DNA of 63,482 bases, the filler included, from Phoronis australis (Eukaryota > Animalia > Phoronida), in the NCBI GenBank assembly GCA_002633005.1. It is 10 parts of 10 records of this genome, joined end to end, with 100 filler letters (N's around TTAATTAATTAA, not from the genome) between each part and the next. Parts side by side here need not be neighbours in the genome. Positions count along the whole stretch, not along the records: positions 1 to 24,255 come from NMRA01000455.1; 9 more parts are not named here. One strand, written 5' to 3'. A model generated the notes under the pieces. That model searched no databases. It was not told where the DNA came from and worked only from the letters and a program-made list of their open reading frames with translations. Below are positions 1 to 12,882 of this stretch, one piece after another (the stretch's first letter is position 1; each line of letters starts with the position of its first letter). Made by a program: the position numbers and the translations under genes.

Positions 1-394
1 AACACATGACATTTCCGGACTAACAGTACAGGTCTTCGTTCTTAAACAACTTGAGGCTGCTGTTATGCGATCATCTAATATTCAAGTTTTTACGCCCCGT
101 CGGTGCTCCTTAATTATGCTCTTGAATATTTGGAAATTGTCTTAACCCATGCATACACACTACACTTTTTCGTATACGACTTTTCGTATGCTAAAAAGGT
201 GTGTGTGAGCAGATGTTCCAACAGAAATTTTTGCCGGTGGCGTGACTCATACTCAGATGTGCACAATATGATTTCACGAAACTTATGTGCCAAGTTCATG
301 AGACGAAATCCAGAAGGGTTTTTAATTATCTTAAGAAAAACTCCAGAGACAAGTTAAGTGCCAGAAACTTACCAGGATGCATGGAAATTTCATT

Positions 395-540
395 ATTTGG
401 CTACAAAAACAAAAAAATATCTTACACGGGAGGGGAAATCCCCCTCCCCCCGGCCTCCCCCGCTCGGCGCCACGCGCCTAGGATTCGACCTTGGAGGGAA
501 TCCTAAACCCCCCCTTGGTGAAAACGTAGATCCGCCACTG
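395..540. mobile_element. MITE half ending in AGATCCGCCACTG (GGCGGATC-terminus family)
   Basis: G/C-run hairpin followed by tagatccgccactg. A closely similar segment with the same terminus lies at ~52620-52799. Confidence 0.6.
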
Positions 541-2324
541 CATATTTATGTTACTTGGGTGAATCACAAAGTAGTGCAAAGTAGAAATCCATACGCCTTA
601 GAATTCATCGTCTGCATAGCACTAAACGCGCGCCAACAGATGCAATGCCGGAATTCCGTGAAGGGGACAGATGGGGTGTCGAAATTATACGCACTCGCAG
701 TTCGAAGAACATGCAAACAACTTCTTAAAGATATCCATCTTTGGCGGCGAGTTTCAAATCCAAGTTCATTCAAACGGAGACGAACCCCAACTCAAGAAAC
801 GTGGTAAGAATGTGTACCTCTGCTGTTTCAAAGTCGATCCAGTGCTTACTTGCAAGGAAACCCTGCTGACTGTTTTTATAAGCATCAGTGGTGTTTTATT
901 ATTACAACTTCAAAAATTGTTTGATTCTAACTTGAACATTTGTTTACGAAAACTGAGTGCGATTTACAATTGTTAAGTTTAAATAAAAGTATCACAACAT
1001 TGCGCAAACGTGTTTTTCAAAATATGCTTCAAGTGGTTGGAAGTTTTAGACACGTCGAGTTTTTCGGCAAAAGATCGTTTTTACTGTTCATGAGAGAAAA
1101 CAAATCCTAGACTCGTCTCAAGTTAAGTGAACAGAGGAAATTTTGTCAAAATCCTTCAGGAAGCCTCGGGATTTTGATTAATTTTCCAAGAGGTTTTGCC
1201 TATATCATAAACTACAGATTCTTGTACAAATCTCCATCGGTTTTTCATCACCATAAATTCAGTAGCTATGAAACGTGCAAAGTCTAAAAGATTACACGTC
1301 ATCTTCTGCGAATGCGTTCATGCCAATCGACCTATTTATTAGAACCCCAGGAATGTGAAGTCTGGGTACTTCGGACCTTTTAAATGGAACCGCGCGTGCG
1401 TCAGCATGTATGTTCAAGTCAATTGACCTATTCACGCAAGCCGCTGGTGAGAAGACAGGGCACAGGAGATTTGCTTGAATGCAGTGCCACAGACGCTTAG
1501 TTTAGATCAACCATTTGAACCTCGACTACATGTATGGACGAGAGTGGCAGCAAATGAAGCGACTGTTTCAGTTTTAAGTAAATTTATTTTTAACTTGATA
1601 TAAATGGGCGGTCTCGGCAAGCAGACACTGAAGAGGTCACTCCATTTTACATATTCGATAAGTAAATAAAAATGTTAAGTGTAAACATAGATAAGAAAGG
1701 GACACACCTAGAGGACTGAACTACAATAATTTGATAGAATAAAAATATAAAAAATCCAATTCATCTCTTTTAAGTTTACGAAATATTTTTTGCACACGGT
1801 ATTGAAGTTCGAAGAAGATTCCATTCTCCTAAGCTAGTTTGTTCGCTGTTCCATTGTTTGACACATGTGGAATAAAAGTAGGGCTAGCAAAAACGTTTGC
1901 ACAAGGGCAAGTGAAGTAATGATGAATCGTTTCGAGTATTATATCGATGAGATCTATGTATAGCAATGGGACCTATATATCAGAGAGAATTATTATAAAA
2001 CATGAAGATCAGAGAACAACATAACTAGCTGCAGGTCGCATTTGGGCCCTGAAATTTGGAAATGCGATCTGAGATTTTTCCCAGTTCGTATCAAATCGCA
2101 AAAGACACTTTGTTTTCCAACGTACATTTATGCGACCTGAGTTTTAACACTTCTCGGCAGATACCTGACAAATATAAAGCTATTCGTTGGAATGATACTG
2201 TGACTGTTTGCTGCTCAATCAAGTTCAAAAGAACACTGACCGAGAACAGCCCTCCAAAGATACAATGACTTGTAAGCATGTCGCGTGAACATGAGGTAAT
2301 GCTGAACAGATCTTTGACGCGATT

Positions 2325-3115
2325 CATTGGCTAACATTTTCGGCTACTTTTGCAAAGTTCCGGACGCTCCAAAAAAGTTTCGAACCACGTGATAAAATGT
2401 CACAAAACAGCGGTGTTTCTACAAATTCTTGAACGGTCAAGTAACCAAAGGTTGTGGTGGAAAAACATAATCTATTTTCATATACGCTGTAAGACGTGGT
2501 GTCTTTATTATCACAACAATTTATGCTCGGAATATGTCCCGAAAATAATAGGTGCGTCGCAAGCTCCGTTTCCAGAGATACAAAGGAGACCGTGTATAGG
2601 CGATATAAGGTCATTTATTATGACTGATAAGGTACAGAAATATGAGTGTACAAATAACATAAAGATAAAATAATAATCTCTGGAAAGATGGGCAATAAAA
2701 AGCGCCAGCACTCAGGTAAGAGGAACTACCCAATGTAGAGGGTGGTAGAGGGTGGGAAAAATGAAGAGAGATTAGCTCGAACCTAAGTGCTGCAAAACGA
2801 AGTACAGATGGCAGGAAATATAACTTTCTTGAGAACAAAGGAGCCCTATGACACGTGACAATCATCAGCCTATGGGAGCCAGGAGCTGACCAAACTCGTG
2901 GCAGTAATACAAACGAACCAATAGTGAGGCTGGAAATGGAATGTCCTAGTGCCTTGAGTGCAGGAGGACCGCATGCGAATCTACACAAGGGGTTATTGGA
3001 CCAGTCCGAAAGATGGGGGTATAAGAGGGACGAGTCCATATTCTCGCATAAATATATTTAACGAGTGAAATGTCATATCCCTGACATCGCACTGCGGCAA
3101 TGGCCGGTCCCGCTG
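2325..3115 (+). repeat. Copy 1 of a ~215-bp direct repeat, split by a ~550-bp insertion (2521-3075)
   Basis: 2325-2520 plus 3075-3115 align with the uninterrupted copy at 6501-6715 (ttcattggctaa...cacaaaacagcggtgtttc...gtggtggaaaaacataa...atatccctga.atcgcactgcggca). Confidence 0.75.
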
Positions 3116-3144
3116 TCTGTACATGTACATGTACTGGAATTGGA

Positions 3145-6100
3145 AAGGTCAGCAAAATGTTAATATGTAATTTCTCCTACAATTTTTAAGAATTCCTTTT
3201 CATATTGGTAAACGGGTTGCTGTCAGTAACTTCCCATAATAATTCAAGTAACACGCACGCGCAGAGTCTATTATTGTCACGCCGTGACAATAATCTTCTT
3301 AGTTCTTATTCTTATTACTCTGCGCGTGTAAGCGCAGAGTACTGTTGTTTCTGGATTTCCTTCAATGTTATTCTTCTTATTCCTATTACTATACGCGTGC
3401 AAGCGCAGAGTACTGTTGTTCCTGGGTTTTCTTCAATTTTATTCTTCTTCTTATTCTTATTCTTGATCTTATTCTTATTCTTGATCTTATTCTTATTCTT
3501 CTTCCGACCAACTTTGACACTTTATAACTCCAAAATGGTTGCAGGTATGTTCTTCAAATTACACGTATCATTTTAGGCAGTATATAAATTTTGATTCGTC
3601 ATATATTCATATTCAATAATGCACCGGAAGAGGTCATTCGGTGCAAAGGTCATGTAATGTTCAAAATGCTACTCCTTCTTTATTTCAAAAGCTATTCTTT
3701 TCAAATTCGGTACACAGCTATAAGTCAAGAAGACAATTTAAAAAAACACTTTTCTAAGTAATCGGTTCAACCATTCACGCCGTGACAATAATCTTTCTAG
3801 TTCTTATTCTTATTCTTGTTCCTATTCTTATTCTTATTCTTATTACCCTGCGCGTGTAAGCGCAGAGTACTGTTGTTCCTGGGTTTTCTTCAATTTTCTT
3901 CTTATTCTTATTCTTATTCTTCTTCTGACACACCTTGAGGCTTAATAATTCCAAATTGAGTGCAGGTACGGTCTTTAAATTCAGCATATGTCTTTTGACA
4001 GTATATAAATTTTGATTGGTTATATAATCATATTCCATATTGCACCGGAAGGTTGTTTGGTGTAAAGGTCATATGATTTTCAAAATGTTACTCCTCCTTC
4101 AGTTTTAAAGCTATTTTTTCAAATTCGGTGCACAGGTATAAGTCAACATGACAATTTAAAAAATTACTTTTCTAAGTAATCGGGTCATCCAATCAGGTGA
4201 AATAGGTCAAAGGTCATTAGGTGCAATTTTAAAATTTTTCAGATAGACACTTCAAATTGATAGGTCTGATTGCCACAGGTAAACCAAATCGGAATCCACA
4301 CTTTCAAGTCATTTAGTGCAAACATGGGGTCATTATGTTCATTTTCCTTTTGAAAATTTGACCTTTTCAATCAGCAAGTATTCTGATGTGTCAACCGTTA
4401 GACAACTGTGATTCTCAGAGTTAAACACATTTTCCATGGGCTTTGCAATAATTCTCTTAAAGATGCTTAAAATGCAACGGATAAGGTCAATTAGTGCAAA
4501 GGTCATGTAACGTTCAAAGTGTTATATCTCTTACGTTTTTCAAGGAATTCTTTTCAATTTGAGCACACTGGTGTAATTCAACATGCTAATTAAATACGTC
4601 TAATTCAATTCGAAACACGAAGTTTCAGGTCATTTAGTGCAACCATGGTGTTGTTAGGTGCATTTTTCTTCAGAAAATTAGTGCTTTTCATTCACAGAGT
4701 ATTCTAATATGTCAACCGTTAGACAACTGTGATTTTTTGCATTAAGCACACTTTTCACGGGCTTTGCAATAATTCTCTAAAACATGCTTATAATGCACCG
4801 GATATGGTCAATTAGTGCAAAGGTCATCTAACGTTCAAATTGTAATATCACCTACATTTTTCAAGGAATTCTTTTCAATTTCAGCACACTTGTGTAAGTC
4901 AACATGCCAATTGACCACCCTACTTTACTACGCAATAGGCTTAACCAATCAGAAAAAATAGGTCGAAGGTCATTGAGTGCAAACTAAAATTTTGAGCTAG
5001 AGACTTCAACATTACATATCTGTTTACTAAATGCGATAGAGTTTGAATTATAAATTTTCATGCCATTTTGTGCACCCATGTGGTCATTAGGTGCATTTTC
5101 CTTCTGGAAGTTTGACCAATTCATTCATCTTGTATTCTGAAGTGCTTAAAGTAAAACATCTGTGATTCTTAGCATCAACTACACTTTTAATTGAGTTTAG
5201 AATTTTTCTCTCATTGGGGCTCATAATGGAAGAGGTCAATTAGTGGAAAGGTCATCAGAATATTAACATGTGATTTCCCCTACAATTTTAAAGAATTCCT
5301 TCTCCTATTGGTGAACGGGTTACTGTCAATATCTTCCCATAATAATCCCAGTAGTACGCACGCGCAGAGTCCATTATTGTCACGCCGTGACAATAATCTT
5401 TCTAGTTCTTCTTATTCTTATTCTTCTTCCGACCAACGTTGACACTTAATAACTCCAAAATGGGTGCAGATATTTTCTTCAAATGTAAAATATGATGTTA
5501 GGCAGTATATAAATTTTGATTCATTATATAATCATATTCCATAATGCACCGGAAGAGGTGATTTGGTGCAAAGGTCTTGTAATTTTCAAAATGTCACTCC
5601 TTTATTTTATAAGCTATTCTTTTCAAATTCGGTACACAGATTTGGGTCAATAAGGCATTTTAAAAAATACTTTTTTAAGTAATCGGGCCATCCATTCAGG
5701 TTAAACAGGTCAAAAGTCATTAGGTGCAATTTAAGATTTTAATCTAGACACTTCAAAATCACAGGTCTGATTGGCACACGTAATTCAATTCGGAATCTAA
5801 AGTTTCAGGTCATTTAGTGCAAATATGGGATCATTAGGTGCATTTTTCTTTTGAAAATTTGACCTTTTCATTCACCAAGTATTCTGATGTGTCAACTGTT
5901 AGACAAGTGCGATTTTCAACATTAAACACAATTTTCATGGGCTTTGCAATAATTCTCCTAAACACGCTGATTATGCACCGGATAGGGTCAATTAGTGCAA
6001 AGGTCATCTAACATTCAAGATGCTATCACACGTTTTTCAAGGAATTCTTTTCAATTTCAGCAGACTGGGGTATAAATTAAAAAAATAACTGCAGGCGGTC

Positions 6101-6497
6101 TGATACACGTTGTACCAGACGTGCGCAAGCCTCGCATGTGAGCCCATTGCACTGATAACTTGGAAATATCTTTATGCTTTATTTACATATGGTTAAAACC
6201 GAGCTGAGGAGCTAGAAACCTGGCTCAAGGGTTTAGCAGTGTGACCTGGTGGAACTTGAACCCACGACCTCGAGTAAAGAAAGCGGGCACTTATCAACCA
6301 GGCCACACTGCCTCCTCTGGGTATATTTTGATTCATTATATATTCATATTCCATAATGCACCGTAAGAGGTCAATTGGTGCAAAGGTCATGTAATTTTCA
6401 AAATGCTACACTTACTTTATTTTAAAAGCTATTCTCTTCAAATTCGGTACACAGGTATAAGTCAAGAAGGCAATTTAAAAATTACTTTTCTAAGTAG
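3145..6497. repeat. Complex satellite-like repeat with (TTCTTA)n microsatellite and recurring GTGCAAAGGTCAT modules; resembles Helentron/pearl-type non-autonomous elements
   Basis: cgccgtgacaataatctt recurs at ~3280, 3779 and 5383. gtattct.at.tgtcaac.gttagacaa recurs at ~4378, 4698 and 5839. (ttctta)n lies at 3440-3500, 3800-3845 and 3895-3922. The family assignment is inference. Confidence 0.75.
6075..6316 (-). mobile_element. tRNA-derived SINE inserted in the satellite
   Basis: Minus strand reads gaggcagtgTGGCCTGGTTGataag (A box) ... GGTTCAAGTTCCacc (B box) at 6316-6248. It interrupts the satellite, which resumes at ~6322. Confidence 0.6.
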
Positions 6498-6500
6498 CGT

Positions 6501-6715
6501 TTCATTGGCTAAAATTTTTTGTTACTTTTGCAAATTTCCGAACGCGAAGAGTAAACGTCACAAAACAGCGGTGTTTCCACATATTCTTGATAGGTCAAAT
6601 TACCAAAGTTTGTGGTGGAAAAACATAACCTATTTTTCAGACGTTGTGTCCTTATTATCAAATGTACACAACAATATCCCTGATATCGCACTGCGGCACT
6701 GGTCGGTCCCGTTGT
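6501..6715 (+). repeat. Copy 2 (uninterrupted) of the direct repeat at 2325-3115
   Basis: Direct sequence similarity to 2325-2520 and 3075-3115. Confidence 0.75.
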
Positions 6716-7151
6716 TAGTGAGCAAGCGATCCTGGCAGACGATCGTGACGTGGAAATGTGCTTCTCGTTCTTTTATCGCAAAACATATTAATCGTGAAAA
6801 TGGCAGCCCTATTAATCGCCAAACGACAGTCACGTCTTTACGTTCAGCAAAGTAGTCATTGATTGTCCAAGAAATTCTCAAACCCGTTACTTGTTTCTGG
6901 GGCTACGTGCTAGACCTCCATCTACTGTATGAATCAAAGGTCAAACGTTACCGTTGGCAATGTAAAGAGTAGACGATTCAAGTGTGTGAACTCATTCGTG
7001 GGCACCATTCCAAAGGTGCTTACCGTCCTAATCGTACATGTTTGCGGTGGGTCTTACCTCACGGTGAGGTGTCGAGTTAACCTGTGAGGAAGTTGCTAAA
7101 CGACGCAGCGACGTCAGTGGTTCTTCTGCAGAGTGGAATGCCGATTTGGTG

Positions 7152-7346
7152 TGGTGTATCATTCCCGCTTGTGGAAATTATGAAGCTGCGAGGAAGCGGG
7201 TCTATCTTTTTTTCGATTTCCTCGAGAGCCTATAATGCTTCGGAAATGGATCCCAGTATTGAAGAAAGAAAACTGCGCCTTTAATACCAAGTATGAGGCC
7301 GTGAAACCTCTCCTTGCGTGTCAGTGGCCGGCATTTCGTTGACAGT
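7152..7346 (+). pseudogene. Frameshifted THAP zinc-finger domain (transposase N-terminus)
   Basis: Manual translation across frameshifts: WCIIPACGNYEAARKRVYLF/RFPREPIMLRKWIPVLKKEN.../RVSGRHFVDS. This fits the THAP pattern Cx4C...FP...W...(C)xxHF, with the third Cys changed to Ser. Confidence 0.65.
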
Positions 7347-7559
7347 AATCTCACTGACGAACGAATGCCGGCTTGCCAAACAACCCATACCAGGGCAAAA
7401 AGAGACTAATCCTGAAGTCAGATGCTCTGCGTAGTGTGTTCGCCTTCGAAAGACAAGAGACAAAGAAATGCTGATTGGCAGTTGCTTAGTTTTTTTATTA
7501 TGGAGCATTGTAGTTGGCCATGAAAACAAAACATATACAATTAATCTACGGAGTCAAAA

Positions 7560-7936
7560 CACAACGTTTCAAATAAGCTGCTTGATTGCTTAATTGTTCG
7601 TTAGGCTTCTCTTTTGTTCTCTGGGTGAAGGTTGTTTTTGCCAATTCTTTTTTCAGCCGAACGTCGTAAGCATATCTCTGTTTAGATGCAGTAAAATGTC
7701 AGGATGGTGAGGGAGGCACATCTGCTCTTCTCAAGAAGGCGTTTCAATTGCGGAATTTCGTGGCAGCAAACTCAAGCGTCAGTCGTTTCGATTATTGTGA
7801 CACCATGACAAGTCATTTAAACGGTCTTTGGAACTATCCGTTTCCGTTGTCTGTGCGTGTTCACGGAGCCTCTATATTATTTCTTGATCAGATTATTCCG
7901 ACTCCCACTGATAAGCTGTGAAACCTAACGATTGAC
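7560..7936 (-). pseudogene. Degenerate KolX / P2X7 cytoplasmic-ballast-like gene
   Basis: Manual translation across stops and frameshifts: FTAYQWE...DRLNDLSWC.../VCCHEIPQLKRLLE/QMCLPHHPD...LNRDMLTT.../LSNQAAY. This follows the SWC...CCxE...CIxxHxxF...LN...AAY pattern of this domain. Confidence 0.55.
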
Positions 7937-8478
7937 CTGTAAAGTCGTTAGATAAGCTCAATCTAAGTCGGGATTGCGAGTTGCCACGCTTACTTTTATT
8001 ATTGTGCGTTCTGTTTCAAAATGAATTGTTATCTCCCCAAACAATACTTATATCAGATTGAAACAGTCTGTTTCATTAAATGCAACTTGTAATGCCTTGG
8101 AGTGTTCGTGAGTGCAAATGTTTTGATAAGAGATCAATGAATAAATCACTATGTTACCGTCTTTAGATGCAATAATTGACTGGGCATCGAGGATTTTGAC
8201 AGAAAGCTGTTGTGAAAAAATAACTCAATTTTATATCCTATTGTCAGATGTTATGGGATTCTTCATTTAGATATTCATATGCAGTATTCGAATAATTGTT
8301 ATTGTACAGCTTTTGCCATGACGGTCCTTTGGAAGGGTAATCTAACTTCGCGGCCCCCGGCGAGCTAGTGAGTAGATTTGCAGTTTTGCGGCCAATTGAC
8401 AAGAACAATCACAAAGTGCATACACATTATATCCTTTGGCTCAATAGTATAGTCTTTTCGTGACTAGAAGTTTAGTTT

Positions 8479-9035
8479 CCAACTTTGGCTGGTTTATGTT
8501 CGTGAAGCCTTCAGTTCCTCCGCGATGGGCCTGATCGGATTCCGAGCCACTACGGGATAGCAAGCGTTTTGAAAAAAAATGCAAGTCTAAGATTACAACA
8601 CAAAACTATGTTCTCCTGTCTGTATTTCACGGGTGAATAATTCGAATTGATCACCGAACAGACCCCAAACTCCCGCGACCGACCTTGGTAAATTGGGCTA
8701 CTGAACTTTGTAGGCTACGGTACGTTCAAAAACCTAAAAATCCGTAACAGCGAGAAAATGTTGTTTTTTTAATAACTCGATGTTTTTGTAACAGGTTTAC
8801 GTCGAATTTTGAAGATTTATTTGTGTAAAACGATGAATTCAAACGAAAACCGGAGAGCAGTAAGCGTGTTGTGAACTGCTGAACAGACTGCGTTCGCACC
8901 TCTGACGACATTGGTTAATTTCAATACCTCCATCATCCGTCAGGTGTCAGGTAAGAGTTGTAGTTGCTGTTAGCTAGGGGAACTATTCGATCTAATTTGA
9001 TGCAAAATAGTTTTTTGTGTGACATTCTCCTTTAA
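8479..9035. mobile_element. Kolobok-like transposon terminal region ending in CCT|TTAA
   Basis: A homologous ~600-bp segment at 61204-61827 lies on another contig. Similarity ends in both copies at ctcctttaa. Confidence 0.65.
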
Positions 9036-12000
9036 GCACCAGGGTGCCAATGATTAATTTGATAATGAACTCACATTTAATATATTCCCGGCGGTTATAA
9101 AATGCCTGATGATTTACAAAATTATACGCGACCAATGTAAACAAGAAACGATATTTTCCTGTTCCAATATTTCCCGGGTCAATATTCCCTAAAGTTCGAT
9201 GTTCTATGCCCGTAGCCAGCTATGCCAGCTATTGCAACTAAACGGGTTGATGCGAAAATGTGGTTGGCGAACTTTTTATTCTTCTCTTCATACACTTCCA
9301 TCCAATTTTCAGACTCCAAAGGAAACAATCTTGTTCCGGCCGAAGCGGGCAATAATAAACAACATCATTCCGGGTGCTTAAAAAGGGTACAATGTAGGTG
9401 GTGCGATAACCAGAAAGTCACCCCTACTAGATGGAATTTGCCTTGCAAAATCGCATTGTAACATTTCTTACTATTGCGGTCTTTCAATATCTTACTGCCA
9501 CAAACACTCAGGTTAATGACTATTCTCACGCACGCGCCTACTCCCTACCTTTGAAGTGCTTCATAATCAGCGCTCTCTGCTTTACTATGTGATCCCCCCA
9601 ACGTTTAAGAAATTTCAATTAAGCAGACACATTTCAGGCTAGCGTCCATCATGGAGCACTACAAACGAACGCCCGTGGAATGAATTTGACACGCAGCCTA
9701 TTTAGTGAGTCCGTTTCGTTTTACATAACAAAAACTTTAGTTTTCAAAACAGGCTTTTCTCAGTATGTAAAAACAAAACATCGGTTTTTATACATCCGAA
9801 AGAAAGTTAACATCAGTGACATGCGAGTCTGTTGTGACTGACCTACAGTGTATTTTCGGGTACGTGGAAGGCATTGAGGATTAAACTCGAATTACGCGAT
9901 GGAAAGTCGCACGGAGTCGGATATTATTTTGACGCGTTTCATCTCATGGAAAACAATTATTGAGTACGTAAACAGCACAAGACCCACGTTTTTGTTGTGA
10001 AATTTGCACTGAATTGTTCCTGCGCATCCGATACGTCATTCGGCTAGGGCCACGGTTTCACGGATTTTTTCAAAAAGATTAGTCGTTAAGTTACGGCTGC
10101 AAACAAAACGTTGAGGGAGTTTGCGATCAGAGTTAGTTCCGAACATGAACGACTTTGATGACAGCCACAGACATGTAGCAGATCGGACTTAGCAAAATCG
10201 CGAATACTTTTTTCAAGGATTGTTTTCTCCCTTTCTACATTCCAAACTAAGCTAGTCGATTGCACGTGTCGGTTACAGAGCAGTGATTCAACTTTCACTT
10301 AGGCAACTAGCCTTGTGCACCAGAGCCTTCCAATGGCGGTCATAAATAAACATTAACGCCGCACTTGCACGTAAGAACACAATTTTGCGACCAGAAATTT
10401 GTGAGTATTTAACGCTGCAGGTAATCTAAACATGTTTACGATGATCAAATTTGGTGCGTAAAAATGGCGGAAACTTTTGCGACCTGGCATTTACGAAGGC
10501 GAGCTGGATTTTGAAAATGCGACCTAGGATTTTGCCTGGGTCGCAAAATGTGACCTGGCGATTTCCAAAGCTTCGAGCCCTGAGGTGTATCAAACTTTTT
10601 CGCAATGACTTAAGTGCTAACGAAAGTAAAAAGATAGATGAAACAAAAATATAAATTTTACGAAATTTAAATAAAGGATGTCTCGTGTCCAAAAATATTC
10701 ATAATGCTTGCTAGCGTGTGAATGCCTGAGGTCGTCGCCTAGTCGGCCTCCCTTCTGCACGCTACTGATTCACATGTACATGTACTGTACATCACAGCAC
10801 AGTGCATGCAATGATAAAAGAACCTATCCTTACAACATGATCAATCACTTCTAATAGCTTCACCAGGATTGTGCTTGAATGTCATTTGCACTTCCAAAAA
10901 ATCAATTTGCCACAAACACATCACGTTGCGAGCGCACGAACGATGAGTCCATTCGTATGAATTTTGTCTACATAAAAACAAGAGCACACATCATGAGGGT
11001 AACAGGATCATCTGCCTCACAACAATGACGCACAACGCACACTGATAAGGACATCAGCATTTCAAAGGTTATTCTGGATTTTTGGAATTGAACATGAAAT
11101 TCATTGTCATGTTAAATCACTCTTTCACAAGAACGAGGTGGAATCCATTCTGAAGACCCAACAGCATAACTAACAAATTAAAGAAAGCTCTCATACATCT
11201 AACTTTGTAAAATAAACAGATTGGCAAAATCAATGTTTGCTGTATTAACTGACACACGGCACAACTTTGACTTTTATTAAAACCACGGGTTTCACATGAT
11301 TTCTTTAATACAGATGTAATTCCATACACGATCTTGGGATCAAGCTTTATTTCAAGTTCAAGTGCGTCAGTCAGTGTCAATGTTGAGAATTATTTTCTAC
11401 TCAATTGAACTGTCAGCGTCAAAACATATGCATTGAAACGCCATTTTATGTCATCTTTCCCAGGTCCGTAGCCAGCATTGGGTGGGAGCGATTCGAGTTT
11501 CTAGAACGGTGGACCTTTGATATTGTGCAATCGTAGGTGTTTTGGTAAGGCAATGGACGTAGCATAATTAGGGGAAAGGGAAATCGGTACACACAAAAAT
11601 GACTCAGAGTCCTTTGTTCCTGAGATGAGACAAGATTCGGGGCCCACATTCGGAAGCAGTGTTGTCTAGAAAGCAAACGTTCTTGCGTTATCTCCTGCCA
11701 ATTGTTCAAATAAGTTGTGCTTAAGTGAGTGATTACACCTCACTACATACGGGGACGGAAACATTTAGTCGCAGAATGACTTGCCAAAAAGTTTTATCTA
11801 GTTGCGTTTTTGTGTGTTGCTTAACTTGTTAGATGACTGGAAATGGGAACAGCCCACTAATCCAAAGATTCACTACTCAGCTTGTGGCAGACGACAAAGT
11901 ACGTCGTTGACACAATTAATTCTCTGTCATTAATTAACAGTTAGTGCATAATAAATCAAAAACATTTTAAAATGATGAAGACATCAATTTTTGCAAACAA

Positions 12001-12513
12001 ATTGAGGTTTAAAATAAGTTCTTGATGTTCTTAAATAACAATTCTTTTGTATTTGCGGTGGGAAGTACAACTGTTGCTCTGCAACGTAGGGGAGAAAATT
12101 TGCTTGGAATTGATCAAGGGATGAAGAGTGGACTGTTTCTCTGTACATACCAAAGCGTAGGTAGCACGGGAATTCCACTACATGAGCTCGACTTTATGTA
12201 TAAAAGTGATTATGTCGTGCTCAAAGTAACGAATATAGTTTTGATTGAGCGTGATCCAAATCACTAGTTTATTATTGATGTACGCTTTACCGTCTGCTAG
12301 GCTTCTATTCAACAGATTGGACTACATTTAGAATATGGTACAATAGACAGTGAAAGCTTTTAACTTAATAGACCGATACCATTAAATATGAAACAAAATA
12401 GATATCGTTAAGTTTGTTTGTTTCTTCGATTGACTTTACAATTACATAGACCGGTAAACTGGCCATAGTAGATAGTCAGTCTTGCAGTGTTCCTGCTGAT
12501 AAGAACACGTAAC

Positions 12514-12882
12514 ATGTTTTTGTCCGTCTGGATAGCGGTCTTTTTAAACCTCGTTAAATTTTGTCAGCCTGACTCACTATTTGGTGAAAAAATACAAACA
12601 TGCTCGGCCATTTCGCTGGGATCTACTTGTTCTGTTACAACCATAACTAGGTCGTTTTCACAGTCATACTTTTCGAAACGATCTGGCTCAAGAAGTCGAA
12701 TGGAATGCGCGCTCTACTGCAGGAGAGAGGCAGCTTGCACCTCGGCTTACTACGAAGATGATACAGGAGTATGCTACTTCTCCCAGGAAAGCCATCACGC
12801 CATGAAGTCTCAGGGAAGATCGGAAAAAGACTTAGAAAAGCTTGGAAGCATGATCAGAATTTACAACTTCATATCAAATCAG
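12514..12882 (+). CDS. First coding exon of a secreted PAN/Apple-domain protein
   Basis: ATG plus hydrophobic signal-like peptide MFLSVWIAVFLNLVKFCQP, then RSRMECALYCRREAACTSAYYEDDTGVCYF (PAN CxxxC...C...C pattern). Phase-0 donor cag|gttaga at 12882. Confidence 0.65.

Noticed and set aside
103-807. Long same-frame ORF pair as a decayed transposase
   Set aside because: No convincing catalytic motif, and part of it is MITE sequence.
3205-4038. Hydrophobic or basic ORFs (FLFLIL, RIRIRI)
   Set aside because: They are translations of the (TTCTTA)n microsatellite.
9160-10300. Possible further THAP-like fragments on the minus strand
   Set aside because: Only scattered residues match; not enough to call.
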